Program-made: the position numbers and the translations under genes | In this document: one piece after another, positions 37,679 through 51,730 of the stretch | Layout of the letters: each line of letters opens with the position of its first letter | How positions within the stretch are numbered: position 1 is the first letter of the stretch | Assembly (NCBI RefSeq): GCF_902713615.1 | Contig: NC_052162.1 | Location: 71,621,686-71,685,685, forward strand | Origin: Scyliorhinus canicula | Lineage: Eukaryota | DNA: 64,000 bases | Direction of reading: 5' to 3' | The notes under the pieces: model-generated | The model's database searches: none | Told to the model about the DNA's origin: nothing | What the model saw: only the letters and a program-made list of their open reading frames with translations

Positions 37679-39640
37679 TTGATTTTGATTTGATTTGATT
37701 TGATTTATTATTGTCACACGTATTAGTATACAGTGAAAAGTATTGTTTCTTGCATGCTGTACAAACAATGCATACCGTACATAGGGAAGGAAGGAAAGAC
37801 TACAGAATATAATGTTACAGTTATAGCAAGGTGTAGAGAAAAGATCAACTTAATATGAGGCAGGTCCATTCACAAGTCTGATGGTAGTAGGGAAGAAGCT
37901 GTTGGTTGGTCGGTACATGACCCAAAACTTCGGTATCTTTTTCCTGACGGAAGAAAGTGGAAGAGAGTATGTCTGGGGTGCGTGGGGTCCTCAATTATGC
38001 TGGCTGTCTTTCCGAGGCAGCGGGAATTGTAGACAGAGTCAATGGATGGGAGGCTGGATTTGCGTGATGGATTGGGCTACATTCATGACCTTTTGTAATT
38101 TCCTGAGGTCTTGGGCAGAGCAGGATCCATACCAAGCTGTGATACAACCCAAAAGAATGCTTTCTATGGTGCATCTGTAGAAGTTGGTGAGAGTCGTAGG
38201 TTACGTGCCAAATTTCCTTAGTCTTCTGTGAAAGTAGAGTCGTTGGTGGGTTTTCTTAACTATAGTGTCGGCATGGGGGGACCAGGACATGTTGCTGGTG
38301 ATCTGGGCACCTAAAAACTTGAAGCTCTCGACCCTTTCTACTTCGTTCCCATTGATGTAGACAGGGGCATGTTCTCCACTACACTTCCTGAAGTCTATGA
38401 CAATCTCCTTCATTTTGTTGACATTAAGGGAGAGATTATTGCCATCGCACCAGTTCACCAGATTCACCATCTCATTCCTGTACTCTGTCTCATCATTGTT
38501 TCAAATCCGACCCACTACTGTGGTGTCATCAGCAAATTTGAAAATCGAGTTGATGGGGAATTTGGCCACACAATCATAGGTGTACAATGAGTATAGTAGG
38601 GGGCTGAGGACACAGCCTTGTGGGGCACCGGTGTTGAGGACGATCGTGGAGGAGGTGTTGTTGCCTATCCTTACTGATTGTGGCCTGTGGGTTTGAAAGT
38701 TCAGGATCCAGTCGCAGATGGAGGGGCCGAGGCCAAGGCCATTGAGTTTGGAGATGAGTTTCGTAGGAATGATGGTGTTGAAGGCCGTTTCAGTGAGACA
38801 TTTGTAGAAGCTTGTAAGGTTTAATATAAAACATTTATTCACAAACTAGTTTTATAAATACAAAACTTTGAAACCGGTTTAATATAAAACATTTACTCAC
38901 AAAATAATTTTATAAATACAAAACTTTGAAACCTGTTAACATTTAACTTAATATTTAACTTTATCAGCTTTACAAATTTCTTCTGTTGTCAATAAACAGG
39001 AGTCTGACATAGGTGTCTTTTTGTCTAGGCATTCCAGGGTAGAGTGCAGGACCATGGAGATGGTGTCTGCTGTAGACCTGTTGCAGTGCTGGGCAAAAGT
39101 GGATCAAGGCAATCCGGGAGTCGAGTTGATTCGTGCTGTGACTAATCTTTTGAAGCACTTCATGATGATGGATGTCAGAGCCACTGGACGATAGTCATTA
39201 AGGCACGCTGCTTGGCTTTTTTTGGTACAGGGATGATGGTCGTCTTCTTGAAGCAGATAGGGACCTCAGATTGTTGTAAAGAGAGTTTGAAGATGTCTGC
39301 GAATACCTCCGCCAGCTGATCCGCGCAAGACCTGAGTGACCGTCCGGGTACCCCATCCGGGCCAGTGTCTTTCTGAGGGTTGACCTTTGAGAAGGCTGAT
39401 CTGACGTCTGCAATGGTCATCTCATACAAGTTCTTCTCGGGTGGAGGGCTTTTCCCTCGCTGACCTCTTTTTCAAAGCATGCATAGAATGTGTTGAGCTC
39501 ATCAGGGAACGGTGCATTGGAGCCGGTTCTTTTACATCCCTTCGTCTTGTAGCCCGTTATGTCTTGCAGACCTTGTCATAGTCAGCGGGGGTCTGTGTGG
39601 CCAGCCTGGGACTCGAGTTTGGTCCCGTACTGTCTTTTGG
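37679..39640 (-). mobile_element. Rex1/Babar-like non-LTR retrotransposon, decayed
   Basis: [59 protein letters not shown]; (AATC)n 3' tail. Confidence 0.88.
38787..38978 (+). repeat. Local copy of 40109-40242 with an internal ~58-bp tandem duplication
   Basis: Near-identical direct copy that interrupts the LINE RT. Confidence 0.93.
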
Positions 39641-39669
39641 GTGACTGGCTTCGTGGAATGTCTGTGTAT

Positions 39670-39917
39670 ATTCTCCCTGTGTCTGCGTGGGTTTCCTCCT
39701 GGTGGGCTGGTTTTCTCGCACAGTCCAAAGTTGCCCAGGTTAGGTGGATTGACGATGCTAAATTGCCCGTTAGTGTCCAGGAATGCACAGGAACTGATTT
39801 GGGGATAGGGCAGGAGTGGATCCAAGTGGACTCTTTCCGAGATTCGGTGCAGACTTAATGGGCTGATTGGCCCCCTTCTGCACTGTAGGAACCCTATGGT
39901 TCTATTTCATGATTCTA
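39670..39917 (+). mobile_element. HE1/V-SINE, 5'-truncated
   Basis: Core and tail motifs. Confidence 0.8.
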
Positions 39918-40425
39918 GGATACCCATGCAGACACAGAGAGAATGTACCAACACCACACAGTCACTCAGGGTCTGACCTGAACTGGTGTTGTGAGGCAGC
40001 AGTGCCTCACACAGAGCCAGTGTGTCACTTTTTAAATATGTTTCTGCCTTGTTTACTTCAATTATCTTATTCATCGATAATTATCTCAATTAAATGTTGT
40101 GTTCTGATGTTTCAGTAAGACATTTGTAGAAGCTTGTAAGGTTTAATATAAAACATTTATTCACAAAATAATTTTATAAATACAAAACTTTGAAACCTGT
40201 TAACATTTAACTTAATATTTAACTTTATCAGCTTTACAAATTGCTTGCAAAGGAAATGTTTTCTTACTTAAACACAATGGCCCTGTCTCTTGTAAAGTGG
40301 AGGGACGGAAGAGGGGGAAGGGAGAGAAGGGAAGTGGAGGGTTTGGACATTGATAATTGACAAGATCAACATCCAAAAGCAGCAGCTGCTGAAGCACAGT
40401 TCCCTGGCACACATCTCCTCTGACA

Positions 40426-41380
40426 TCATTTTGGAATGTCTTTGGCATTCTTAGGTGTGAGTGGTTGATTTTCTGCAACACCTGTCAGACAGATAGCTCA
40501 CATTAGCTTACACGAGGCTTGCATATATCAACTAATGCTTTAAACTTTTTCAAACCATTTGAAGTAATCACTGAGGCTTCTAAGGATGAACATTACATCA
40601 GGGAGATTCTGAAACAACTCAGCCTAAAATACATTGCCAAATGCACTTTAGCTCTAAATCAGCTGGGAGGAAAGGCATGCTAACATTTCTGTTCTTGAAG
40701 GGGTCAAGAGCACCAGTGTCGAGATCATGATCATCCAAAATTAACTCCGCTGTGCCTCGCATATACTTAGGATGTCAGAGTCCGACTGACAAATAAAATC
40801 TTCTTCACCCAGCTGCTCAAGGAAGGAACGTGAACATGAGGAGGACAAAGGGAGCTCATCTTAGACAGCTTTTAAGCTTATCTCACGAAATGGAACATAG
40901 ACGTCAATGCCAGCGAGCCTTTGCTCAGATGATACCTACTTGGTGGAACCTCCTGATTGAACGGTCACAATTCTTCAGAACATCTGACATCAAGAGGAGG
41001 CCTGGAAAAGGAGCCTGAGAAAGGAATACTTAGTGTCCAAGGACCGATCCCACCTTTTAGAAACTCCTGCCCAGTGAGTGATTTGAGGATGCGGCTCTAG
41101 GCTCGGGCTCAGCAGCCACACAAGGACACACAGAAACCATCACCAGCAACACAGAGGATCTTAGGCGGACAATCATATCCATTAGCGAGTGATCACTGCA
41201 TTCTACCCATTATAGTTCCTTTAATGGAATAACATCCTCATGACAAACCAAAGTTTTAAAAAATGTATTTACCTTTCATTTTATTCTCATTTTACACATG
41301 TGTATAAATGCTAAACACTAATAATGTAAAACATGAACCTACCAAAAATATGTCTCACGATGTCTCCTGCTTCTGCTTGG
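40426..41380 (-). CDS. Candidate last two coding exons of an unidentified host gene (41343-41380, 40426-40481)
   Basis: TTTTTCAG acceptor and GTAGGT donor; CTAAT..ACAG acceptor; phase-compatible join QAEAGDIVRHIF-GVAENQPLTPKNAKDIPK*; downstream AATAAA. No homology recognised. Confidence 0.25.
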
Positions 41381-42464
41381 CTGAAAAATTTCCATACAAA
41401 TAAAAAGATGTCAAAACTCACCAAATACCTGGGTAAGTGATCCAAGTTCACGCTGCAGCTGGATTTTTCATTTAGCAGCATTGCTTCAAGCAGTCAAAAA
41501 TAAAATGACCAGGAGTTTAAACACCGTGTGCTCCCAGCATGAATGCCTGAACGTCCGCACTTCCAGGTTGCCACGCCACATGTATGTGCGGCGCACCAGC
41601 GACTTAAGTCGCGAATGATGCAGGACGTTTAGGACCAATGTCTTCTGCTGTTCTGAACTGATGAGCCTTTGTACAGCTTAAGCCTGTTCTCACAGAAGGA
41701 CCCAGTTATTCAAAAAGCTCACAAAATGATTTGGTGTAAATAGTAGGGATATAATTGCAGAGCTAATTTGAAAGCTAACCTCTTGGGATCATTAAAAATC
41801 ATTTATTTGTTGGAGATGTTAAGCACGTGGAGGTCTTGCAAACATTCATCAAGTTCCTCCACAGAATTGATATATTTGTTCTCATTTTGAGTCAGAATTT
41901 TCCTGAAGTAAAGGTAGAAACAAAATAATGTGAGCGGCATTACCAATTTATGAACTCCTTCAATTAAATCCATTAGCCAACTTAGAATTAAAATGAAATT
42001 GTTGCGAGGTGAATCTATTCATTCACATGCTTCAGCATAAAATGTTAGATTTACTTCATATTCAACTCTTTCTGGTAAGTAAAGCCTGGCATGAACTGAT
42101 GTAAGTAAATTTCAGGCACAGAGAACCCACTGACATGATTTTTCAACCAATAATCACATCAGGTTTACAATAAGTTGCTCAATATTATGGTCCATTAGTC
42201 TGAGATCTATCTTGTCAGTTGTATGGGTGGCTGACCCTAGTTATAATGCTGGGACACTATTCAGCCATTGCGTTGCATCCCACGTACAGCCAGGGGTGAC
42301 AGGTGAATTCTGGGAGAGTCCCAAACTGTGCTTTGCAGCGCACACTGGGCTTTGCAGCGCAAACTTTGGTTTGCCAATCGCAAGTCACCTGACTCGCGAC
42401 TTCTACAAAGAAAGAATAATGCATTATTCCTTAGAAACCTCTGTTGGGGTTCAACTTTTTAAAA

Positions 42465-42684
42465 AATCAATTTCGAGTACCCAATACATTTTTTCCAATT
42501 AAGAGGCAATTTAGCATGTCCAATTCACCTAGCCTGCACATCTTTGGGTTGTGGGGGCAAAACCCACGCAAACACAGGGAGAATGTGCAAACTCCACACA
42601 GACAGTGACCCAGAGCCAGGATCGAACCTCAGACCCCGGCGCCGTAAGGCAGGCGGGCTAACCCCCTGCACCAACTTGCTACCC
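42465..42684 (-). mobile_element. HE1/V-SINE short form
   Basis: Same type as 32351-32576. Confidence 0.88.
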
Positions 42685-43057
42685 TGTTGGGGTTTGAATT
42701 AATGACTCAAACCGATTTGAATGTTTTAAGTCAATAATGGTTAGAAGCTTTTTCAGAAATGTAAAAAGTAAGTTGCTAACAATGCATGAATTCCCTGCCC
42801 ACGTTTAAAATGCAGCATATCTGTGGTATGGAGTTGTGCTGGACAAACTGCGAAACCCAAACTGTTATTTATCAGAGATGGTTTTACAAAATTTTGGGTG
42901 ACTTTGGAGTCAAATTGTGTGGATATATATTGTACATACTCTGTGGCTGAGCTCAGACACATGATTCAATAGAAAAATTTCATGTGTGATTTTGGGCACA
43001 TTTGGCGGGCTATTTTACAACGGCGGCAATGTTGAGATGGAGACCGCTATTCAATGG

Positions 43058-43384
43058 TAGAACATAGAACATACAGTGAAGAAGGAGGCCATTTGGCCCA
43101 TCGAGTCTGCACTGACCCACTTAAGCCCTCACCTTCACCCTACCCTCGTAACCCAATAACCCCTCCTAACCTTTTTTTGGACAGTAAGGGCAATTTATCA
43201 TGGCCAATCCACCTAACCTGCACGTCTTTGGACTGTGGGAGGAAACCGGAGCACCTGGAGGAAACCCACGCAGACATGAGGAGGACATGCAGACTCCGCA
43301 CAGACAGTGACCCAGCGGGGAATCAAACCTGGGACCTGGCGATGTGAAGCCACAGTGCTATCCACTTATGTTACAATGCTGCCC
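43058..43384 (-). mobile_element. HE1/V-SINE inserted in an older Harbinger-type element (~42990-43990)
   Basis: Head, core and tail motifs. Confidence 0.88.
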
Positions 43385-44424
43385 ATTAGAATAGTACTTA
43401 ACCATTCTTTTGGGCCTTGGGTGGGTTTCTCCCTGGTGGAGGCCACACTCTGAAATTTTTCCAGCACTGGGGAGATGAACACATCGGCGAGACCAGCTCC
43501 TCAGAGATCAGCGCGGCAGTTGAAAGGCTGTCCCGATCTCCAGACCCAACCCCTATTCAGAGCCCTCCCTTTCAGGATCCCACCCTTCAACCCCCAACCT
43601 TTCTGCAGTCTCTTCATTACCCCCCTCACTCCCATTTCATGGGTATTGCCCCCTCAGGTCCGAACCTTGGTTGTGCCAACCTGGAACCTGGACACATTGA
43701 CACTGCCAGCCTGGCACCTGGGCAGTGCTGTTGGCATCCTGGAAGTGCCAATCGAGCATGCTACCACTCCCCGGTTGGCACTGCCAAGGTGCCCAGTTGA
43801 AACTGCTGGGAGGCCCAGGTGGCACTGCCAGGGTGCCCAGGTGCCAATGAGGTGCCAGGGTAATACCCTGCCCTGTCCCTAAACACCTGGGAGATTCTAA
43901 TGGCATCCAAGAACCCCATGTTGCCATCACGCTTGGTCCATGCTTGCGGAAGCCAGTACTAGTCATCACCTGCTGAGGCCTCGCAAGTGTGGCTTCGGGA
44001 TTTTTTCATTATCTGGATTTCTAAAATAATAAATGTCCAATCTTTATGAGCTTGAAGGATGTTTCACCAATGCCTCAGGTTAATATTTTCAGCTTTGTGT
44101 TTAAATCCCTTTTATGGCCACACCCCTTATTACCTTGTAACCTCCGGCACTTCAACTCTGGTGCCTAAAGTTTTCATTCCTCCAGCTGCGCGCCATTTGC
44201 ATTCTCCCACTTTGTTCCACTACTGACATTCGTTCATCTCATTGAACATCTATCTCTCTCGCTTTCTCAACCTTTCCGCAACCTGACAGTGCACAGATCA
44301 GACTTTCGCCTTTTTAATGAGCTAATTATTCCTGGAACAGGTCGCTAGTCTGTCACCAGGGGCCTATAGCTTGAGAGGCATTACACCACATCAAGCTTAG
44401 TCACACTCACAAACAGAAAAACTA

Positions 44425-44621
44425 AGGGGTAATTGAGCATTGCCAATCTCCCGAACCTTCATGCCTTTGGACTATGGGAGGAAACCGGAACACCCGGCAA
44501 AAACCCACACAGACACGGAGAGAACGTAGAAACTCCGCACAGACAGATCTCAGGCTGGAATCTAACCCGGGTCCCTGCACTGTGAGACAGCAGTGCTAAC
44601 CACTGAGCTACTGTGCCACCC
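44425..44621 (-). mobile_element. HE1/V-SINE fragment
   Basis: Head and core motifs. Confidence 0.85.
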
Positions 44622-44664
44622 ATCATTGAACATAGTAAATGTTGAATTTATCTAAATAAAGTCT

Positions 44665-45115
44665 CACATTTTATTGCCCCTTTCACAGCCTCAGGGTATT
44701 GCAAAGCACTTTACAGCCAGTTAAGTAATTTTTGAAGTGTTGTAACTGTTGCAATATAGCAAACATAACAGCGATTTTATGTGCATCAAGTTACCACAAA
44801 CAGCGCTGAGATGAAAACAATATGATTTGTTTCTTAATGACGTTGATCGAGGGCTAAATATTGGCCAGGTGTTGGGGAAAAAACTCCCCCGCATTTCTTC
44901 ACAATAGCGTACAGGATTTTATTTTATGCCTCTGAAAGGGCGGGAGGGACCTTCATTTAACAGCTCCTGCAAAAAACAACACCTTTTACTGTGTACCTCC
45001 CTCAGTGCTGCACAGGGATGTCAGCCTAGATTATCCGTTCAAATCTCGGGAGTGGAACTTGAGCATTCACACTTTTCACTCAGAGATGACAGTGCTACCA
45101 TTGAGACACAGCTGA
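44665..45115 (-). mobile_element. Old DeuSINE/SacSINE1-like SINE
   Basis: Homologous to 15100-15470. Confidence 0.55.
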
Positions 45116-47239
45116 CATGTGTTTTGTTTTAAATGGGCTGCACAAATTGTGCAGAGTCTGTCAACTTCTGTGAAGTCAGACAATCTCAAAATTCATCAGT
45201 ATCTCTAACAATTAACGTAAAGGATTGTGAAATTTGTTGTGCATCACATTAAATGATCTGAGACTGGTGCCTGTGGTACAATCACAGCTTAACTCTGCAC
45301 GCATGCAAAAGACTTTTAAAGGTCGTGTCAAGTCAAGGGTGACTATCCATGAGAGTTGGTCTCACAGATCTTGCTTCAGTAATGTCATGCGTTGAATTGC
45401 TGATTCGACCTGACTCCTGAGTCATAGTCATTTCCAGAGGGATATGAATCAGAACCACTTCACACCAATGGACAAGTGTATTGGCAGACCTAAATTGAAT
45501 ACCTGAACATGAAGGATTCACAGAGCTATGAGAGCTAACTGCGATTTGGAGGCAATTAGCCTTGGGGCCTTGTGACTCTGCTATAATGAACCACTTTATA
45601 ATGAAAAGTGCTTTTTGATATATGAGGTGGAATTTTCTCAGATAAAGGAAGACAGATTTGGGCATACACAGGGAGTCAAATCCCCTGAAAGTGATTTCAG
45701 GTCAGATTCCAACACCATTTTATCAACTTCCTGGTTTTGCCTGGGCGGGATTGAAGGCAACCGGTAAACCCCCAGTGCAGCTGTTGGCTCAGGCATTTCA
45801 GTATTATTGTGGGTGCTGATCACTTTTGTAACCCAACATTCTGACTTCAAAAGCTAACATATGTTTCTCAGCCTGTTGGCAACTCCAAAGTGCCATCAAA
45901 GTGAGTGCAAATTATCAGAACTTCTTCAGTGAAACTGAAAGGCTGGGAAGCCTTTAATCAGTGAAACGGAAGAGCTCTAGCCATGGCCAGGTGAGAGCAG
46001 CTGCTCACAGCAGTCCTTCTCAGAGAGCGCCTGACTGGGATTGTCAATTTCTTGGAGGTCACTTCACCTGTCTTACACTCCACTCACCTTCAGCTGTGCT
46101 TTTCTCCTGCCAGCCTTCACCATGGCATGGGGACAGTTTATGCAGCTCTATCTTGCACCTCTAATGACAAGAAGGAGGAGAAGCACACCAAAAGCTGCAG
46201 GAACAACTCCAGTAGCAGCACTGGCAGTCCTCTCCTCATACCATTCGAAGGGGAAGAGAAAAGTTGGAAGATGGTGAAAGACCCAGTAAAGGGTCTATAA
46301 TCAGAAGATTACCTCTCTTAACATGCCTGAGCACCAGTGCGTCAGGAGGCTCAGGCTTTCTTGGCAGGTTGTTGCCAATATCTGCAGTTTCCCGGAACAA
46401 AACCCCCTTTCCGGTGAAGCAGGTGGGCACACTTTGTCATTGGTTAACAAGGTGCATTCATTTGATGTTTACCCTAAACCCCGGGTCTCAGCCTCCTCCC
46501 TGGTTGTGCACTCTTTTCTCTTACAAGGAGAAGCAGCAGAGAAGTATGCATATTTGTAATGGCTTGCTTACAAAGCATGGAAGGGCAACATTGGTGAAAG
46601 TTGACTGAGACATGGGTGCAAGAAAGATGTGCGCTACACTATTCAGTATAAAGCTAAAGTGCAAAACTTGGTTCTACAGAACTCTAAACTTACAGCAATA
46701 TCCATTCATCCACTTGTCCTAATATTCACCTACCTTCCTGTAAAAAATAATAAATCTATGCATTGCATAGTCACATATGCTTGAAATTTATGTCAACTTC
46801 AATAAATATGGCTAGCAAAAGTACTACTTGTAAAGTCACCACTATCATTATCACTAACAAATTGAGCTAGACTACCTTTAAGACCAGGGGATTCATTCAT
46901 AGAATTTACATTTTCTCATAAACCCATTCCTGATGTTGTTAAAATGGTAGCATGACTAACTTGTAGTCATGGAAGTTATGATGGTACTTGGCATAGCTTT
47001 CTACCTTCATGTTTGAACCTGAATTGCATAACAGTCATCCAGCACTGCAGTTCTTTAGTCTGAAGCAAGCTGAGGAACTTAATGTCCACTGTATCTCTGC
47101 TCATCATGTAGCCACGAGGATTATTACAAATTGTTATAAAATCGGTACATTCTGTATCATTATATGCTACGTAAGCTGTCTGGAAATTGTAACATTAAAG
47201 GTACAGGATGTTCCATTGCTTGTTACATTTGTTCCTGTC

Positions 47240-48103
47240 AAGTAACGAGGGTGGAACTCTCTCTGAGTGTTTCGATAAGTCAGCAGATCAGGTCAAGAGT
47301 CAGTGAACAGTCAGTCTGAATCAGTTGTCAGTCAGTTTTAATCAGGGACAACAATGGATGGTCCCAAAAGGAGGTTCCAGGTAGGGAAAGAAGACAGGTT
47401 CCAGTTAAGTTAAGAAAAAAGAAAGGAGTAGAGGAAAAGGCTCCAGGTTAAAGAAAGGGTGGCAGCAGCAAACTTTAACTAAAGAGGGATGTCAGGGAAA
47501 AGGTACCACTTTGGATTTGTGATGTTACTTGGCAGAGCTGAAGATCTGAAACTCTTGCTTGTATATTGCTGATTGGGTGTATTCAGACATCCAGGGGAAC
47601 ATGAGCTCAGCATATGAAATTGTAGCCCTGCAAATTGGGCCATCGTTGAAGCTGTCCACATTGGACTGATTTTTGGAGGGAAATTCAAGGCACAATATTT
47701 GAAGGTGAAGATTGGAGGCCCTTGGGGGAAAGATGGCGTTTCAGTGGGATGGATTGACTCAATGTGAGTAACATGTGGGTGGATTGTAAAGAAATCCATG
47801 GAATTTGTGTTGGTTGCATCTATCATTTATTGTGTAGTGTGGTATGTCTGACCTCAGTTTCCTTGTTAATTCACCTGTACATCATACGTACCCTGAATGT
47901 TAGAATATAAGGCAAATATTGTATATTGTTTTATCTTTCTGACCTTGTATAGTCCAATTTATTTCTCAAAACCTGTGGAATATTGTGGCTTTCTACACTT
48001 TGTAGGTGTCTTAAAATTCAAACTTTGTCTACCTTAAACAAAATATTATCAGTCACTAACGTGACATCACCAACAACTTGGGGTCTGGTCAAGGATAATA
48101 ACA
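47240..48103 (+). mobile_element. Old LTR-like repeat
   Basis: 3' end matches 7670-7830; 5' boundary uncertain. Confidence 0.5.
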
Positions 48104-48582
48104 ATGTGAATAATTCAAAAAGAGAATAGCATTTTCCAAACTCTTGTTTCATTGGTCCCTTGCTAAAGTTGACTCCTGAAAACTTCCTCTATTGCTTTAT
48201 TATGTTCCAGCACTCGATCACAATAAAGTCTTATTCCGACTCAATAACCCTGATGCAATCCTTGCCATTCACCTAAGAAGTATGCATCCAAAACCATCCT
48301 TTGCCAGATTTTCAATCTCTCTTAATCCCTAACCTCCTTTACTTCTCTTTGAAAATGTGTCATTATTTGCCTGTATCTAAGAAACATTGTGTCTCTAATC
48401 CTTCCAATAATCATTTTATTTATCTCACTTTTTTCATTTTCCACAAGTATATAAACTATTGTTAATCCTAAAGCTGCAGTGATAATCCACTTGTTGCAAA
48501 CACAACTGGCGTAAAGCAGTCTACTACAGGGGTACTTATACATTTTTTGGCTCTTGAATTAGACATCTTACAATGAAGTTCT

Positions 48583-48896
48583 CGGTAGCACAGTGGTTAG
48601 CACTGTGCTTAACAGCGCCAGGGACCCAGGTTTGATTCCCAGCTTGGGTCACTGTCTGTGGGGAGTCAGCACATTCTCCACAAGTCTGTGTGGGTTTCCT
48701 CCGGGTGCTTTGGTTTCCTCCCACAAGTCCCGAAAGACGTGCTGTTAGGTGAATTGGACATTCTGAATTCTCCCTCTGTGTACCCGAACAGGCCGCCGGA
48801 GTGTGTCGACTCGGGGATCTTCACAGTAACTTCATTGCAGTGTTAATGTAAGCCCACTTCTGACAGTAATAAAGATTATTGTTATTATTATTATTA
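48583..48896 (+). mobile_element. V-SINE head and core joined to the tail of the second SINE family
   Basis: V-domain followed by CCCGAACAGG..TTCACAGTAACTTCATTG and (ATT)n. Confidence 0.85.
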
Positions 48897-48927
48897 AATT
48901 GTCCAACGCCTTCAACCAGCTGTTCAT

Positions 48928-49088
48928 GGCAGCGGAATTATCCACCGTGGGTTTCCCGCGGCAGGAGGCAGATTCAATAGGAAATCCCATTGACAGCAGC
49001 AGGACCTGAAGATCCTGCTGCCAGCCAACAGTGGGCCACCTCCCACCACCGAGAAACACATGTCGGAGAGGCCAGAGAATCTTGGCCA
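48928..49088. mobile_element. Short Harbinger-type MITE
   Basis: CAATAGGAAATCCCATTG core; right end GAGAATCTTGGCC. Confidence 0.6.
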
Positions 49089-49534
49089 TTATCTAATGGC
49101 CATCAGTCTGGATTTAAAGGCATCTAAGTCCACTGCAGATTATCCCTATGTTATATATACCTTTTAAATTATGCATCAAATAGTTTAATAAACTCTAAAT
49201 CAGTTGCAATTATAGTCTTTAATCAAAATTATGTCCATGTATATTTAATTTCTTCTTAAAAAGCTCTGATATTTCTCCACCCACACAGGGTGTTTTCTAT
49301 GTCTCTGTCCTTTCTCTTTCTCAATAATTTCGACTCATCCGCCAACTTTTGTCACCATTTACTAATGATCGAGTTGCGTATTTGCCAATTTCCTTGAGAT
49401 AAATCTCTCAGCAGAGAGAACCTCCGTTGGCTTTCCAAATTAATTCTTAAATTATTACAGCCAGAAATGTCCTCAGTCGCTCCGTTCCACCACCGTAACC
49501 TTGCTGCACATGAGATAGAAATTTCTAGTCATGT

Positions 49535-49843
49535 AGGATCCCTAAAGTGCAGAAGGAGGCCATTCGGCCCATCTAGCCTGCACCAACCCTCTGAAAGACC
49601 ACACTACCCAGGCCCATTCCCCCACCCTGTCGCCGTAACCCCACCTACCCTGCACATCTTGGGACACTAAGGGGCAATTTTAGCATGGCCAATCCACCTA
49701 ACCTAAACATCTTTGGGCTGTGGGAGGAAACCGGAGCGCCTGGAGAAACCTATGCATACCCGGGGAGAACGTGTAATCTTCACAGACAAGGCCATATTCG
49801 AAACCAGGCACTGTGAGGTAGCAGTGCTGAGCACTGTGCCGCC
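49535..49843 (-). mobile_element. HE1/V-SINE
   Basis: Head, core and tail motifs. Confidence 0.85.
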
Positions 49844-50435
49844 TCTTTTCATTAATTTCACAGTCCTGAGGTTAAAACAAAATTATTTAACTTTTGCTGG
49901 TGTTGGAAACAAAAGCAGGGAATTGATGTTGAATCTGTACAAGTTTCTTGAATAAGCTGAAAAAATACAAGAGCAAAGTACTGTGGATGCTGGAAATATG
50001 AAATAAAAATGAAGAGAAACAGAGATTACACTTGAGGATGATGACATTTCATGAGAACAGAATAAACTGCAGTTGGGCTACTGCATGCTGTCCCGATCAT
50101 TCATTATAGGGTTCTAATTAGACTCATGGAAATATCTGGTGAAAAAAACAATAAAATTATGCCAGGGATGAGTGGTTATATTCATAAAGGGTGCCAAATA
50201 TTGTTTTTTTATTACTGGAACAGAGAGGGTAAGCAAACATCTAATAAAGATTTTCAAAATTGCAAAAGACTATCGAAAAACGAAATAGTTAAAGCTTGTT
50301 CCTTCTGAATTTCTGAAAAGTGGGAATAAATTCAGGATCATCATTAGAATAATGAAAGAAAAAAATCAGATGACTTATTTAGCTTTGAACATGGAATGCC
50401 ATTTTGCATGTTGCCAGAACATAACTAACATAATT

Positions 50436-50760
50436 GGGTGGCACGGTGGAACAGTGGTTAGCACTGCTGCCTCACAGCTCCAGGGTCCTGGGTTCCATTC
50501 TGGCCTCGGGTGACTGTCTGTGTGGGGTTTGCACTTCCGCCCCGTGTCTGCGTGGGTTTCCTCTGGGTGTTCAGGTCTCCTCCCACAGTCCAAAGATGTG
50601 CAAGTTAGGTGGATTGGACACGCTAATTTGCCCCTCAGTGTCCAGAAAGGTTAGGTGGGGTTACTGGGTCACGAGGATAGGGTAGAGGCATGGCCTTAAG
50701 TAGGGTGTAGACTTGATGGGCTGAATGGCCTCCTTCTGCACTGTAGATTCTATGATTCTA
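50436..50760 (+). mobile_element. HE1/V-SINE
   Basis: Head, core and ATTCTATG tail. Confidence 0.9.
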
Positions 50761-51377
50761 CAAATTGGACAAATAAAGTTTGACTGAGACAAAGAAGGAG
50801 GGCGCTAGCATTAATTAGATAACTAAAAACGGGTAGGGAAACCAGGTTTGTTGGATTATTTCTGCAAATATATTTGTCATCAACTCGATTTGAGTATGAA
50901 GTTTACTCATCATTATGTCATTTGTCTTCATGTGATTGAATCAGCTGACTCTCAACCCACCAGAGCTTTGACACCTGGGACAGAATTGTCTACTTTTCTT
51001 TCCTTCTCTGCCTCATCATTAAGACGTTGTGATTCAAAGCGTGTCGCCATTTTGAATGATTGATAGCAAACTTCTCCCACTCATTAATATCAATGCTGCT
51101 GTATTTCAAGAAGAGCTGCGGACTGTCACTGCAGCATTTACTTTATCCTCGCCTGGAATGCGGGCCACTTGATAGTTGGAAAAACAGGATGTGGCGGAAG
51201 AGTTGTGTTTTAGTCATCAAAGTGGATTTTGCCTGGATGCTTGGGAAACAGGTTTCCAGAAGGGCACCAATATTTGTCTGATGGCCCTCCCATTCAATCT
51301 AGAGGATGAACTTTCATATGAAAACTAAGCTGTCCACTGCTGTCAATGTAATCAATTTAATCAAATTAATCAATTTA

Positions 51378-51730
51378 AGGGCAGCACGGTAGCATGGTAG
51401 TTAGCATAAATGCTTCACAGCTCCAGGGTCCCAGGTTCGGTTCCCGGCTGGGTCACTGTCTGTGCGGAGTCTGCACGTCCTCCCCGTGTGTGCGTGGGTT
51501 TCCTCCGGGTGCTCCGGTTTCCTCCCACAGTCCAAAGATGTGCGGGTTAGGTGGATTGGCCATGCTAAATTGCCCGTAGTGTCCTAAAAAGTAAGGTTAA
51601 GGGGGGGGGGGGTTGTTTGGTTACGGGTATAGGGTGGATACGTGGGTTTGAGTAGGGTGATCATTGCTCGGCACAACATCGAGGGCCGAAGGGCCTGTTC
51701 TGTGCTGTACTGTTCTATGTTCTATGTTCT
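51378..51730 (+). mobile_element. HE1/V-SINE, young subfamily
   Basis: Nearly identical to 11657-11989. Confidence 0.93.

Noticed and set aside
46763-46775. TTGCATAGTCACA matches the start of miR-153-3p
   Set aside because: The match stops after 13 nt and there is no complementary 5p arm upstream.
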